From assembly GCA_964016885.1 (NCBI GenBank), contig OZ024750.1:1736001-1800000 (forward strand): a stretch of 64,000 nucleotides of DNA. The letters run 5' to 3'. The notes below the pieces were generated by a model. That model searched no databases and was not told the DNA's origin. It saw only the letters and a list, made by a program, of their open reading frames with translations. This document shows, in pieces, positions 1-16,174 of the stretch. The position numbers and the translations under genes are program-made. Within the stretch, counting starts at the first letter, position 1; each line of letters opens with the position of its first letter. Origin of the DNA: Eledone cirrhosa. Taxonomy: Eukaryota.

Positions 1-366
1 GGTCTGCCATTTCAGTGTAGGTTTATGCTTTCCTTGCTCCGTCCGACACACTTTCAGCTGTAATATGTTGAGTGTTTGTTTTGTTTATCTGATTCTTCGG
101 TTTCGTGTTATATTTTGAATAATAAAACAAGCAGATGTAGTGAGATTCCATCTGGAAAGAAGATGTTTTAAACTCAGGTTAACGTACTAACAAATCATTA
201 TAGAGTGTAAATATAACACCCTATAAAATATTTAAACATCGACTGAGTGAGACAGCTGGCTGATTTATAAAGGTAGGGTGTAGTTAATAAATAAACGAAT
301 AGACAGATAATCAAATATACTCACTCAAACACATACAAATAAACACACAGACACACACATACACAT

Positions 367-470
<104 letters not shown>

Positions 471-1515
471 TGATTGATTGATTGAGAAAGAAAGAGGGGA
501 ATAGTAACAGCTAGAGATAGATTTTCAAATAAAATTACACACACACATACAAACTCATACAAGCACACACACACACACACATATATATATATACATATAT
601 ATATCATCTTTAATAAGGAGAATCTATAAACACCCACCTTATAGAAATAGGTTAGTATTGTAGTAGAGTTATGAATTTTTTGGGGGTCGCTTTTCTCTCT
701 AAGTTCACATCCCATCACACAATTTTACCTTTTCTATACAGCTCCCAAGGTTTGCATGAAATAACCCATGATATACCGGATGTTATTTCAACAAGCTACA
801 CACGTTTCCTATAAACGACAGGGGTTTCATTAACTGTCAGACCTCAATATCATTCTAAGAGAACGACGGAAAAATGAAATATCTCCTATTTAATCATATG
901 CCATTACGTTTGATTTCAAATCCAGTCGAGGTCACCTGGCCCTTTTATCCTTCCTGGCGTCAATAAAATAACTAAGTACCAGTCAAGTACTAGAGTCGAT
1001 TTATCCGATTATATTCTTGCCTGAACTTAGTGACATTGTCTCTATACTAGAAACTATCATTAAAGTATTGTTGGTGACCCTCATGGCTATAGTTCATTAA
1101 ACAAACATAGTTAATGGCTCATTAAGCATAGACGAGAAAATATTTTTGACGAAAACTCAATAAATAAAAAATAGGTAAACACAAACAAAATTAATGATAG
1201 GGAGGATATTTTACTGGAGAATATAGCAAATCCTACCAGAATAAAGATCATTTCCACTTTAAATTAAATCTTTTAATTAGTCTGATTTTTGATTAATAAA
1301 AAGGCTTCCTTTTATCAAAGTTCATGTTAGTATTGAAGCTATTAATCGAAATTAATAATTATTTCTAGGTTCATAATTTCAAACCAGAAGATAATGTTCT
1401 ATTTCCGGAGTTACATATATAAATGAAACTACTAATTACTATAAAACCTTGAACATTTCAACGCTTCCAATAAAATATTTAATCAAGAAATATACACACA
1501 CGCATGCACACACAC

Positions 1516-1594
<79 letters not shown>

Positions 1595-1746
1595 TGACAA
1601 TAGAGAGTTGGGGAGGAACCTAACTCTGGAAAGTTGGTCCAGGTGTGTTTTGGATGCTATGATGTGAAAGGGAGGTAGTGAAGGAAGACCTTACTTTTGA
1701 AATATATATCAGTTTCTAGTTTTGTGTTTCTTGTTATTATTTTATC

Positions 1747-1945
1747 TAATGGCAGTGGATTGTCAGAATCTGTGGAGCATTGGACAATATACTGGCATAT
1801 AGTTACATTCTTTTACGTTCTGAGTTCTAATTCCGCTGGGATTAACTTTGGCTTTCATCCTTACAAGGTCGCTAAATAAAATAGCAGTAACGCACTGGGG
1901 AGTGATTTAATCAGCTTTCTCCTTCCCCCAAATCCTTGTCCTGAT
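1747..1945 (+). mobile_element. Old SINE copy, plus strand
   Basis: ggcagtggattgtcagaatc...gttctgagttctaattccgctgggattaactttggctttcatcc. Similar diverged plus-strand copies lie at about 907-1060, 9230-9450 and 40600-40790. Confidence 0.65.
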
Positions 1946-1949
1946 CAAT

Positions 1950-2600
1950 TATCAGTGACTCATCCTTATTTTCTTCTTCAGAGATTGTTCCTCAAGGCTA
2001 TGTCTTGTGTAAAATTCCGAAATATCTTCTTTAATTTCTGGTGTAATTGATTTTTGAGGAGTATGTGTAAATTTGAGTCCTTCACTTAATGTATCTATTT
2101 TTATGGGTGTTAATGATTTTTGTGATTGATCATTAATTTCACGTTTCTCGTGACTATAGTCCATCCTATCTCCCTGTACGTCTGGCTTCTCTCCAAAAAC
2201 GATTTAGAATGGGGTTTCTCTATATTTTTCCTATTACTATTGTTTATTTTCATGCTGCTATTTTTATAGTTATTGTGTATTTTGTTATTGTATGTTTTCT
2301 CCTGTTTCTTATATGTGTTCATCAAGTAATGACTTTAGTTCAGTTTGAAAATATTTTTGTATTCCCGATTATGGGGCCTATTCTCTCTGAAGTTTTCATC
2401 CTTGTTTGTAGTTCTATCTTTATTTGTATCCTTTTTTGTTGTTTTTATACTTTTGAAGTGACTGTGGCTTTGTTCGGAATTATTTAAGCACACTCTTAGT
2501 CTACTTTATAAAGTATAAACAGTAGTCTACTTTATAAAGTATAAACAGTAGCGGTTGTCTTCGAAAGTCTCTGATTACTCTTTTGTATAAGTTTCTGTCC
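1950..2600 (-). mobile_element. Decayed Penelope-like element N-terminal coding fragment
   Basis: ORF 1952-2164 reads LTPIKIDTLSEGLKFTHTPQK...EIKEDISEFYTR, matching the PLE pre-RT motif LT..E..LLSKGLKF.PTP...L..DI..F.R. The right boundary is approximate. Confidence 0.6.
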
Positions 2601-2849
2601 ATACTGGTGTTTCCTTTGATAAGATTGACATTGGAGTCGTTTTGTAAGAATGGTGTCAGCCAGCTGGTAATAGAGAGAAACTTAGTGAAATCGATTTGCT
2701 GTTACAATGATGATACTATTGTAGTTTTAATTTCACATGATACAAGATTTTGTTGCTGTTATTTTGTCCTAGAACAGCTTTAATTGAACAGACCTATAAT
2801 CAATTATGTTACAACCGTAACCACCCTGACTTATGTTTTCAAACATAAT

Positions 2850-3120
2850 TGTTTCTACTTTTGGCACGAGGCCAGCAATTACCCAGTGCATTACTGGTAC
2901 TTTATTTTATCGACCCCGTAAGGATGAAAGGCAAAGTTAACCTCGGCGGGATTTGAACTCAGTCCGTAAATGGACGTAACTATGCTGCAAAGCATAGTTA
3001 CGTCCGACCCTCTACCGATACTGCCAATCCACCACCCTAACATGGCGTCCGACCCTCTACCGATACTGCCAATCCACCACCCTAACATGGCGTCCGACCC
3101 TCTACCGATACTGTCAATCC
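2850..3120 (-). mobile_element. tRNA-derived SINE (young short subfamily) with triplicated head and 14-bp TSD
   Basis: Minus strand has A-box-like TGGCAGTATCGG, B-box-like AGTTCAAATC and the core GCCTTTCATCCTTACGGGGTCGATAAAATAAAGTACCAG. TSD ttttcaaacataat at 2836-2849 and 3124-3137. A 45-bp head unit is repeated about 3 times (3001-3120). Confidence 0.85.
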
Positions 3121-5161
3121 TTATTTTCAAACATAATGTACCTAGGACAGGGTTATCCAAACGTGTCCTTCTTTTTTATAAGATATGATGTGAGGAAAGA
3201 TTTAGTTGTAGTAGGCTGATTAATTACGTGGCTCGTCGTAGGAATATCTTAGGTAATGTTGATGGCTGAGTGCGTGGTTTAGATGGCAATGAGATTTCAC
3301 TAGGCTTCCGGCAGATGTGTTGTGGATGGTATGCTTTTCTTGATGGTTTTCTTGAAATGGGGAGAAAGCTATTACAGTATTTACTGAATGATATGAGAGA
3401 ATATGGGAAGTTCTTCCTTCTGAAGCAATCACAAAAAGTGTTAAAACTGTCAGAAGAAAATCGTATTTTAATCCTGTTGTGTTAAGTGCAGTTTAAAAAA
3501 TAATTCTTATACACAATTCACCGATAAGAAGATTTGAAAATTTAAGTATATTGTAAGCCATTTGAGAGTATACTTCTAAAAATACATTTAAAATGACAAA
3601 TATAGAGTAAAAAGAGTTACAACAACAACAACAATGACATTAACAACAAAAGCACTAGCAATAACAATAAAAAACACAACAAAAACATCAACAACAACAA
3701 CTACTACAACTACAACAACAAAAGTAAGCACATGACTTTTTACAATCACATAAATACAGAACAGACTGAAAATTTAATCAATATTTGTGAAAATATATTT
3801 AGCGTCTGTCTGTATCGAAATCTTGGAAATGGTACAAAGTAGTGCATATTACATAGGAAATCCCACACTTACACTTATACACATCGCTGCATATTCGTGT
3901 GTATGCACCCATCCTGCTCTAAATACATACACATGTACACTTCACATATACAGCTACGCTTCTCGCGTGTGGGGAGCAGAAGAAATTTCTTTGAGTAAAT
4001 TAAAATGACGGAAAAGCTCATTTCCTTCTGTTTGTATTTACATTACTATCAACATTTGTTTACAATGATTGTTAGTTGATTGCAATACCTTCTCACGGTA
4101 AACATATGGGCTTATCTTTATTAAACCTAAGATTTGTAAAGGTAACTGTGATGATGGTAATGCTGGTTGGGAGAAATCGATGTTTATGTTGTGCTAGCTG
4201 TAAGTGTAGTGTTGGTGCAGTAGTTGCTGTTGATGGTTCTAATGTGTACTAGATTTAGTGGCATTAATGCTGATCGTAATGGAGGTGGTGGCGGAGAGAT
4301 TGGTTGGTATGGAGGGGGTTTTGGTCACAGAGTATTGTTGTATGTAACAATGATTGTACGAGTGGTAACTATGATATTGATAGGCCTGGAGCAACGGTGG
4401 TGAATGTATTGTGTGTCGCAATGATAGACAAAAATACAACACTAGTGTCCTTGTTGATGTTGGTGACACTAGTTTTACATGCATAAACCATTGACACTGT
4501 ATATAGACTTAGTTTTTCTATGTCTGTGACTGGAGATGGTAAAGATGTTTTACCTCGTAGCCAGACCTAATTAAGCATACCTATGATGAAAGGAGTTTCT
4601 CATTAACAACCCACCTTTTCGTATATCTAGAAATAAATTATCAAGTGTCACATCACTTTTTTAAAGATTATAGTTTCTCATTTGAAAAAGATGCGGTTGA
4701 TATTTTTAGCAAGTCGAGCAGCCTTGTAGAGGAGTCAGAAGTAAAGGTATGCTGAGATGACAGAAGTAAAGGTATGCTCGTGTATGTGTGTGTGTATGTC
4801 TGTGTATATCTGTTGATGTGTGTGTGTGAGAGAGAGAGTATGTATGTCTGTTGGTGTATGTGTGACTGTGTGTGTAATTGTGTTCTGGTTTGTGTGAGTG
4901 TGTATGTTAATGATGATAGTAAAGATTTCTTCGTGTCTACATGTTCGTGTGTGTGTGTTCCTGTATGTATATATGTGTCTGTGTTCCTGTGTGTATCTAT
5001 GCCTGTGTGTGTTATATATGTGTGTGTGTGTGATATGTGTGTGTTTGTGTGTGTGATATGTGTGTGTTTGTGTGTTCGTGGAAGTAGTAATAAAGGCGCT
5101 AGTATTTGTAAATAAAGACATTATGCGTGTTTGTGCACTGGTGCCTGTATATCTGTGTGTG

Positions 5162-6370
5162 GGAGACAGAGACACAAATGGAGAGAGAGAGACACACATG
5201 GAGAGACAGAGACACAAATGGAGAGAGACACACATGGAGAGACAGAGACACACATGGAGAGACTGAGACACACATGGAGAGACTGAGACACAAATGGAGA
5301 GAGAGAGACACACATGGAGAGACAGAGACACACATGGAGAGACTGAGACACACATGGAGAGACTGAGACACAAATGGAGAGAGAGAGACACACATGGAGA
5401 GACAGAGACACACATGGAGAGACTGAGACACACATGGAGAGACTGAGACACAAATGGAGAGACAGAGACACACATGGAGAGACAGAGACACACATGGAGA
5501 GACAGAGACACAAATGGAGAGACAGAGACACACATGGAGAGACAGAGACACACATGGAGAGACTGAGACACACATGGAGAGACAGAGACACACATGGAGA
5601 GACAGAGACACACATGGAGAGACAGAGACACACATGTAGAGACTGAGACACACATGGAGAGACAGAGACACAAATGGAGAGACAGAGACACACATGGAGA
5701 GACAGAGACACACATGGAGAGACAGAGACACACATGGAGAGACAGAGACAGACATGGAGAGACAGAGACAGACATGGAGAGACAGAGACACACATGGAGA
5801 GACAGAGACACACATGGAGAGACAGAGACACAAATGGAGAGACAGAGACACACATGGAGAGACAGAGACACACATGTAGAGACAGAGACACAAATTGAGA
5901 GACAGAGACACAAATGGAGAGACAGAGACACACATGGAGAGACAGAGACACACATGGAGAGACAGAGACACAAATGGAGAGACAGAGACACACATGGAGA
6001 GACAGAGACACACATGGAGAGACAGAGACACACATGGAGAGACAGAGACACAAATGGAGAGACATAGACACAAATGGAGAGACAGAGACACACATGGAGA
6101 GACAGAGACACACATGGAGAGACAGAGACACACATGGAGAGACAGAGACACAAATGGAGAGACAGAGACACACATGGAGAGACAGAGACACACATGGAGA
6201 GACATAGACACAAATGGAGAGACAGAGACACACATGGAGAGACAGAGACACACATGGAGAGACAGAGACACACATGGAGAGACATAGACACAAATGGAGA
6301 GACAGAGACACACATGGAGAGACAGAGACACACATGGAGAGACAGAGACACAAATGGAGAGACAGAGACA
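5162..6370. repeat. 20-bp minisatellite (gagagacagagacacacatg), about 60 copies
   Basis: Direct reading. Variants are cacatg/caaatg and gacag/gactg/gacat. It explains all long ORFs at 4.7-6.5 kb. Confidence 0.95.
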
Positions 6371-6696
6371 GTGACTGACAGAGAGAACAACTGACTATTA
6401 ACAGATACAACAATTGTAATCTTTGCCCTATTCCACGTTATTACAGATCTGTGGCACTTGTAGAGTCTATAAAATAGGAGCAGAATATCATCTCTCTCTG
6501 TCACCCTGTCTGTCTGTGTGTCTCTGACAGTGTGTGTCTTTCTGTCTGTCTGTGTGTCTGTGTGTCTCTGACTGTGTGGCTGCTGTGTGTGTGTCTGTGT
6601 GTCTGTCTGTGTGTCTGTGTGTCTCTGACTGTGTGTCTGTGTGTGTGTGTCTGTGTGTCTGTGACAGTTTTGTCTCTGACTGTGTATCTATCTGTC

Positions 6697-6727
<31 letters not shown>

Positions 6728-6969
6728 GTGTGTGTGTGTAACAGTATTTATATGTGTGCATGTGACTGCATATATATATATGTGTGTGTGTGTGTGACTG
6801 TATATATATGTGTGCCTGTATATATATGTGTGTGTACCTGTATATATATATGTGTGTGTGTGTGACTATATATATGTGTGTGTGTAACTGTATATATATG
6901 TGTGTGTGTACCTGTATATATATATATGTGTGTGACTGTATATATATATATATATGTGTGTGTGCCTGC

Positions 6970-7003
<34 letters not shown>

Positions 7004-7230
7004 CTGTATATATATGTGTGTATGTGTGTACCTGTATATATATACATGTGTGTGTGTATGTGTGTGTGTGTATGTGTGTGTGTGTGTGCCTTTATATATA
7101 TATATTTATATATATATATATATAAATATATGTGTGTGTGTGTACCTGCATGTGTGTATATGTGCCTAGGTGTGTATATAAAGTGAGAGTCTATTAGAAA
7201 CAAAGTGTTTAAGTGAAAAACTGTTCTGGC

Positions 7231-7444
7231 TATTTTATACTATTTTATATTGTTTATCTATATATTGATATGTTTATGTGGGTATGTTATACTATTTTAT
7301 ATTGTTTATATATATATATTGATATGTTTATGTGGGTATGTTATACTATTTTATATTGTTTATATATATATTGGTATGTTTATGTGGGTATGTTATACTA
7401 TTTTATATTGTTTATATATATATTGGTATGTTTATGTGGGTATT
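7231..7444. repeat. ~53-55-bp tandem repeat, about 4 copies
   Basis: Unit tactattttatattgttta(ta)nttg(a/g)tatgtttatgtgggtatgtta. Confidence 0.85.
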
Positions 7445-7643
7445 CTACTGCTGGGCTCTACGTTGCTATCTTCTATATTATATTTCATTATTAGCCCCTA
7501 TATCTAGCTATTCCTGTTCAGCCTCGCTATATATATATATATGTATATATATATATGTGTACGTATGTATGTATGGTTGTATGTGTATATGTATGTATGT
7601 CTGTATATATATATATATGTGTGTGTGTGTGGGTGTGTGTATG

Positions 7644-7704
<61 letters not shown>

Positions 7705-8303
7705 ATGTATGTATAAATGTATATATGTATATATGTATGTATGTGCCTGTATGTGTATGCATGTACATCATCGACTGTGTGTCTATATGTACACGTTGGT
7801 GATAACAAGTGTGTGTTTGTGATTGTTTTAAAAAGAAGACTACCTCAGAGAGTGAAAGTAAACAATAACTTAATGTGTGGATACAATATACTATCATCAT
7901 TATAAACATCATCATCACCCCCAGCACCACTAAAACCACCACCATCATCACCACCTCCACCATGGTCTGTAACCGTACTTAAAACACCAACGGGACAGGC
8001 GATTAAGGCCTCATGTAGGCGCAACCAGATTTTATCTCAGACGGAAAGAGATGGAAAAAAATACTGCAAGGTATTTCATCTGAGGTTTGAACACTTCTCC
8101 CCAATCCGTAACCCTGAACTAGTACTGAGGTTTGGACAAAATCTCTTGCGACAGTTCATTACGACCCAAAATATTCTGGGTTCAAATACCAGCCATGTCA
8201 AATTAACCTTTATTTTCTTCGGGTGCCGTTAGTTACTTCTTTAATACAACCAATCAGCCCCACCGTCATTCCTAATAGAAAAGTGATCTCATCGCAACAT
8301 ATA

Positions 8304-8388
8304 CAGGGGGTCCCAAAAATATATACACACTTCAACAGCATTCTAATATATATGTAAATACATTTTTTTTTGGGGGGGGGACACCCTG
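8304..8388. mobile_element. Tiny Tc1/mariner-type MITE
   Basis: TA|cagggggtcccaaaaa ... ttttttggggggggacaccctg|TA: CAGGGTGTCCC-type TIRs with TA on both sides. Confidence 0.65.
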
Positions 8389-8400
8389 TATATATATATG

Positions 8401-8435
<35 letters not shown>

Positions 8436-8584
8436 CTGTTTGTGTATGTATATATATATATGTGTGTATGTATGTATATATATGTGTGTGTGTGTATGAA
8501 TGTATGTATAGATAATTCACAGATACACACATAGACATATATATAGGGAGAGAGGCAGATGTGTAGATACGTGTATGCATATAT

Positions 8585-8624
<40 letters not shown>

Positions 8625-8639
8625 ATATATATATATATA

Positions 8640-8709
<70 letters not shown>

Positions 8710-8736
8710 AATGTGTATATATATATATATATATAA

Positions 8737-8841
<105 letters not shown>

Positions 8842-8871
8842 TGTGTATATATATATATATATATATAAATA

Positions 8872-8919
<48 letters not shown>

Positions 8920-8943
8920 TATATATATATATACATATATATG

Positions 8944-9033
<90 letters not shown>

Positions 9034-9061
9034 AATGTATATATATATGTATATGTATATA

Positions 9062-9180
<119 letters not shown>

Positions 9181-10136
9181 GTGTGTGTGTGTGTATATAT
9201 ACACACACACATATATAAACACAGGAAATATGGAGGCAGTTAAGTAGAAAACTGGTAGAGCGCCAGTCTAGATACCTTTTAGTATTTAGTCCTGTGCCTT
9301 TATCTTCTGAGTTCGAACCGTGGTGGGATTGACATTAGTTTCCAATACTCCGAGGATCGATAAGTAAGGTATATCTACGTTGAAGCTACCTTACCCTCCA
9401 AAGATTACAAATTTTGTGGCCGAATGCCAATACGAGAAATCGGTATTATACAAAAAAAATGTATACTCACACACTCACACACATTCATATACACTCAGAG
9501 GCATACACACACGCTCTCACATATATACTCATACACACTTTCTCTCTCTCTCTCTCTCTTACACACAGACACACACGCACACACATACATCCACACACAC
9601 ACATTCACACACGCTCACATATATACACATATACATACTCTCTCTCTCTCTCTTTCCTTTGCACACAGACACACACGCACACACATACATACACACACAC
9701 ACATTCACACACTCACATATATACACATACACATACTCTCTCTCTCTCTTTCCTTTGCACACAGACACACACGCACACACATACATACATACTCACACAC
9801 ACATTCACACACTCTCACACACATGTATACACATACACATACTCTGTTTCCTTCTCTCTCTCTTACACACACACACGCACACACATTCACACACACAATC
9901 TCACACACTCTTTCACATACACACACTCAATCACATATATGCCTACACACACACAAGCACACATAGGCATGCATGTATGTGTTAGTGACTCTGTGTGTGT
10001 GTGTGTGTGTGTTTGTATGTATGTGTGTACGTGTGTGTAAAGGAAGGAACGAAAGGTAGAAAGAAGAAGAAGAAGAAGAAGAAGAAGAAGAAGAAGAAGA
10101 AGAAGAAGAAGAAGAAGAAGAAGAAGATAGACATAC

Positions 10137-10190
<54 letters not shown>

Positions 10191-10446
10191 GTAAAGTCTT
10201 AAAGAAAGAAGAATGAATGAGTGTAAAAATAAATGAATGAAAATAAAAGAGAGAAAGAAAGCGAGAGTGAAAGAGTGAGGGTACTTGGTAAACCTTTATT
10301 GGCTGTATTGATTTCAGATGACAATGTAGTGACTGTCAATTGAATTTATAGCAATTAGTTTTCTGGTACTTCCAGCGACCTAACAGGGATGAAAATAAGG
10401 GGGAACCGGGGGGGATTTACACACACATTCACTCGTACACACACAA

Positions 10447-10478
<32 letters not shown>

Positions 10479-10479
<1 letters not shown>

Positions 10480-10660
10480 ATTGTTTCTACTTTTGGCACA
10501 AGGCCAGCAATTACCCAATATATTACTGGTACTTTATTTTATCGACCCCATAAGGATGAAAGGCAAAGTTAACCTAACCGGGATTTGAACTCAGAATGGC
10601 AAGGGCCGTAACTCTATGCGTCAAAGCATGGCATCCGACCCTCTACCGATACTGCCAATG
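10479..10660 (-). mobile_element. tRNA-derived SINE, young subfamily
   Basis: Near-identical to the copies at 2850, 23653 and 50241. Confidence 0.85.
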
Positions 10661-10694
10661 TATGCGGTTACTCCCGATTGAACCTGGGATAAAC

Positions 10695-10779
<85 letters not shown>

Positions 10780-10955
10780 GAGAGATAGATAGGTGTCGGT
10801 CGAGATAAAAGAGTACTCAATACGGAAGTAGAGTTTAAATATTTATCTTATTAAGGCTAAATACTGGGTCTCACCTTATATATATTTATATATATGGATA
10901 GGTAGATAAGCGCAGACAGATACATATATGCACTCCCGCACACACACATACTACA

Positions 10956-11004
<49 letters not shown>

Positions 11005-11050
11005 TATGGAATACTGTTGGCTTCTTGCTACAATACTTTCTATACCTTTC

Positions 11051-11096
<46 letters not shown>

Positions 11097-11100
<4 letters not shown>

Positions 11101-11186
11101 GTTTCTACTTTTGGCACAAGGCCAGCAATTATCCAGTGTATTACTGGTACTTTATTTTATCGACCCTGTAAGGATGAAAGGCAAAG

Positions 11187-11188
<2 letters not shown>
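11097..11188 (-). mobile_element. 5'-truncated SINE in (TA)n
   Basis: 3' half of the same SINE (aattgtttctacttttggcacaaggccagc...ggcaaagtta) between TA tracts. Confidence 0.8.
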
Positions 11189-11249
<61 letters not shown>

Positions 11250-11640
11250 GCTGACAGTTAAGCCATATGGCCGCGGGAAGAGTTTTTGGAGACCCACCCC
11301 CTGAAGTTTTTATATCATTTTCCGTCATAAACATATACATGATATACACTACATGTTAATGTATTTAACACTGTTTGCTAAAATGCTTGTTTGGCAATTT
11401 GAAATGGGGCTACATTCGTCATCTTGTCTGGGAACACCACTAGCTTTAGTGGCATATAATCCATATCTGACTTGGGCTTATTACACACTTTACATGCTAC
11501 TCTGCATGAGTGTATAATATATACTATATGAATGCGTGTGTGTGCCTGTGACCTATATGTATGTATATGTGTGCATATATATACATATATATACATATAT
11601 ATATATATATGCATATATATATGTATGACCTATATGTATG

Positions 11641-11673
<33 letters not shown>

Positions 11674-11716
11674 GCATATATATATGTATGACCTATATGT
11701 ATGACCTATATGTATG

Positions 11717-11806
<90 letters not shown>

Positions 11807-11931
11807 TGTATATATATATGTATATATAACATAGGGATGTCCCTATATATTTGTATATACATACACAGTCACACACACATACATAAATATACATACTAAA
11901 GTATCCATGCAAGCGTAACCACATCCAAATG

Positions 11932-11995
<64 letters not shown>

Positions 11996-12598
11996 CATGA
12001 TGCAAAAATACCTACCTATATACATGTATACCTTCAAATATACATACGTACACACATGCACATATATACTAACATACATACATACATACATACATACATA
12101 CATACATACATACATACACACAGCTGCCTGTGTACCATTTCCATGTTACAAGAGAATTTAGTGAGTAAAAGTAGTGAAAGTATAGAGTGAGGTGTTGAAA
12201 TATGGTTTGTTTGTCGGATGTGGTAAGGGGCTGATTGTAGACAGACAAAGTTGTGATAGTCATCATTAATAAGTTAAAGTCTGGTGTTCTTGGGAGAAAG
12301 TAACGGGTGGGGACTGGGGGGATGGAGTGATTGTAAAACTGGGATTACATAGGAAGAAATGTAGACTATAAAAGAAGAATAGAGGAACTATTACCTTTAA
12401 TTAAGAAAGAACCATGTGAATTCCTGTGGTATTCAAACACATGGTGCCATTAGGTGCAATGCTAAGCTGGTTAGTGTTTGTTTTAAACATTACAGCTAGA
12501 TCCAACATAGATTTAAGCGCACAGCGTACACACACACTTAGTCCACACACACACTCACGCATACATACGGACAGACTGAGAGGCAGACACTCACACAC

Positions 12599-12667
<69 letters not shown>

Positions 12668-13357
12668 CATGAATGAAACACAGAAACACAGGGTCGCCGG
12701 ACCCTCTAGAAATGGTAACTAATTATTTTCATTACCAAATATCTTATGAAAAACATTCTCTATAACAGAAAGTAATCAAATATCTAAAGGGGTTTTCTAA
12801 TATAATTTTCTCGTTATTTATCTAATGTTTGGAACATAACTTAACAAAGGATCTTACATAAAATTATGATAGAACGTTCTTTTTTTTTCTGTTAAATAAA
12901 TGCAGCGTTGTATTATAGGATTAGTTTGGAATCAGAAGGGTTACTCAACAACAACCCCCACCCCCGCCACAATAACCACCACCAGAACAAGCACCACACC
13001 CGCCCTCACAACAACCACCGCCCCCACCACAATAACCACCACAACTAACCACCACCGCCACAATAACCACTGTGCCCGCCACAACAACCACCATCACAAC
13101 AACCACCGCCCCAACTACAAGCACTACACCCGCCACCACAACAACCACTACAACAACAACAACGAGGAAGAAATCTAGAAAACTACAGACAGTTAAACCA
13201 AAAGACTTTTATGACTACAATTCTATATAACTGTATTAAATGTCTTTATAAAGGAAGATTGAGTCTTCCATGAGACAGCGTCCAGCTATTGGGAGCTTGG
13301 TTCTTTAGCAATTATTTGAGTATATATCTTAGTACAGATACACACACAAACGCACAC

Positions 13358-13408
<51 letters not shown>

Positions 13409-13409
13409 A

Positions 13410-13484
<75 letters not shown>

Positions 13485-13501
13485 AATATGTAAATATGTA
13501 A

Positions 13502-13546
<45 letters not shown>

Positions 13547-13651
13547 AATATGTATATATATATATATGTAAATATGTATATATATATATATATATATATG
13601 TAAATATATATATATATATATATATATGTAAATATATATATATATATGTAA

Positions 13652-13710
<59 letters not shown>

Positions 13711-13714
13711 GTAA

Positions 13715-13761
<47 letters not shown>

Positions 13762-13896
13762 TGTATATATATATATACATATATATATATATTAAATACA
13801 AAGGGATATATGTATATAATTAGACATAGTCACAGATACATATATGAGAGGAAATACTGTATATATTTTATCTAATAATTCTTCAAACTTGCAATC

Positions 13897-13965
<69 letters not shown>

Positions 13966-14432
13966 GTAAAAGAAATGGTAACACAAACACAAGGATGCAA
14001 ATCAGAGCCTTATTAGTATCACGCTTAGGATAAAGTGGACGATATATATGTGTGTGTGTGTGTGTATTACAAATATACATATCTATCTATATATACATAT
14101 ACATACATGTATTACAAATATACATATCTATCTATATATACATATACATACATGTTACTGTGTATAAACAAACATACAGTTCCGAGTTTAAGTTGAAACA
14201 ATCTAAGCACGTGCTATGGGCAACAATAAGATAAGAAAACCACAATCTTAATTCTATTTCTAGATAGTATTTACTACCTCTGGGTTATTGCTAAATTAAA
14301 TCAGTTAGTTTTAAGGGGAAAAGAAAGAAGCGTTGCGAATTTGCTCCAGTTCTTCATTTGTTATTTTTTCATTGTTGCTCTAGTTATAAGTAATAATGTT
14401 TTATATAAGAAAAAATGGTTATATCTAATATA

Positions 14433-14629
14433 CGAGGATGGACTGCAAAGTTGATACTGACTATGGAAGGAGTGATGCTAGAGCTGTGAAATCTTGTATG
14501 CATTAAATCCAACTATTTTTATAATAACTGCATTGTTTCTTTCCAGAGGCTATGTTGAGAAATAAATTTCATTTGGTCATTCCGTGAGAGAATCTTGGTC
14601 AGCCTAAGACCTTTTTCAGCTGACCCACG
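14433..14629. mobile_element. mariner-derived MITE
   Basis: TA|cgaggatggactgcaaagtt ... ctttttcagctgacccacg|TA: imperfect CGAGG-type TIRs with TA on both sides. Confidence 0.6.
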
Positions 14630-14794
14630 TAGCTGTGGTCAGTGTGGTCTAGAATGGTGGCTTGAAAGAAAACTCAACTTTTGATATATATCACATCCAT
14701 TACTTAGAGTCTTGATGTCTTGTCAGTTAATAAAAGTCGAGTAGGTTTCACTGTTACACTCTGATCACAGCGCCTGTAGTCCTTCCATACATTC

Positions 14795-14993
<199 letters not shown>

Positions 14994-15040
14994 CGAATAT
15001 ATATATATACATATATATAGATATAGATATATATATATAC

Positions 15041-15091
<51 letters not shown>

Positions 15092-15096
15092 GAGAG

Positions 15097-15161
<65 letters not shown>

Positions 15162-15597
15162 CGAATATATATATATACATATATATAGATATAGATATAT
15201 AGATAGATAGATATTATGTATATATATATATATATATATATACATATACACACGCACACATACGAACACATGTATATGTGGGTGTACCTGCATGTTTATG
15301 TATATGTTTTCATGTGTTAGAATCATCACCATCACCATCATCATCATCATTTTTCTTATTATTTATATTATTATTAGCACACACTCTTCCACATGGTCTG
15401 ATGCAGTCTCATTCACACGAAGGCGATTTCACGCAAGCAGAACCATCATCACTTTCACGTGCAAATATCATTATACACTCTGAATGCAAGTAGCAGCATG
15501 TTTTAAGGTGTCTATTTACATAGAGGAATATTAGCATCTTTTATAATATAATACTATATAATATATATATTATATATATATATGAATTTAATATTGA

Positions 15598-15652
<55 letters not shown>

Positions 15653-16009
15653 AACACATGTATTAAGAAAATATGAACACACTCAGTGTTAAGAGTTTGG
15701 TTACTACATCTAAGTGGTCGTAATGTGTTCTGCTGAACAGGTAAACCCTTGTATATGTACATGTGATTTCAACCTAATAAAACACCTGTATATATATATA
15801 TATATATTAATACACATCCTTGCATATACGAATTTATAACAATTTATATATAAAAACACCATGTCTACGAACAAAGGCAAACATGCGCTGAATCTAGTGA
15901 TATAGTCAATGGAACACGCTGAATTAAATATTATATGTATATATAAATAATATTATATTGAAGTAGCCCCTCATTTTAACTACTTTTAATTAATATTTAT
16001 ATATATATA

Positions 16010-16073
<64 letters not shown>

Positions 16074-16077
<4 letters not shown>

Positions 16078-16137
16078 AAAATGGAACGGGAACAAAACAG
16101 AGAGGCAGTACAAACAAAGGTTTATTAGTTTCACGCT

Positions 16138-16139
<2 letters not shown>
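16074..16139 (-). mobile_element. 5'-truncated copy of the 35.55-kb pLTR-like end, inserted in (TA)n
   Basis: ggaacaaaacagagagg(c/t)agtacaa...gtttatta.tttcacgctct is shared with 35550-35616. (TA)n flanks both sides. Confidence 0.65.

Positions 16140-16174
<35 letters not shown>

Noticed and set aside
4735-6504. 589-aa and overlapping long ORFs
   Set aside because: Translations of the 20-bp minisatellite and (TG)n tracts, open in several frames.
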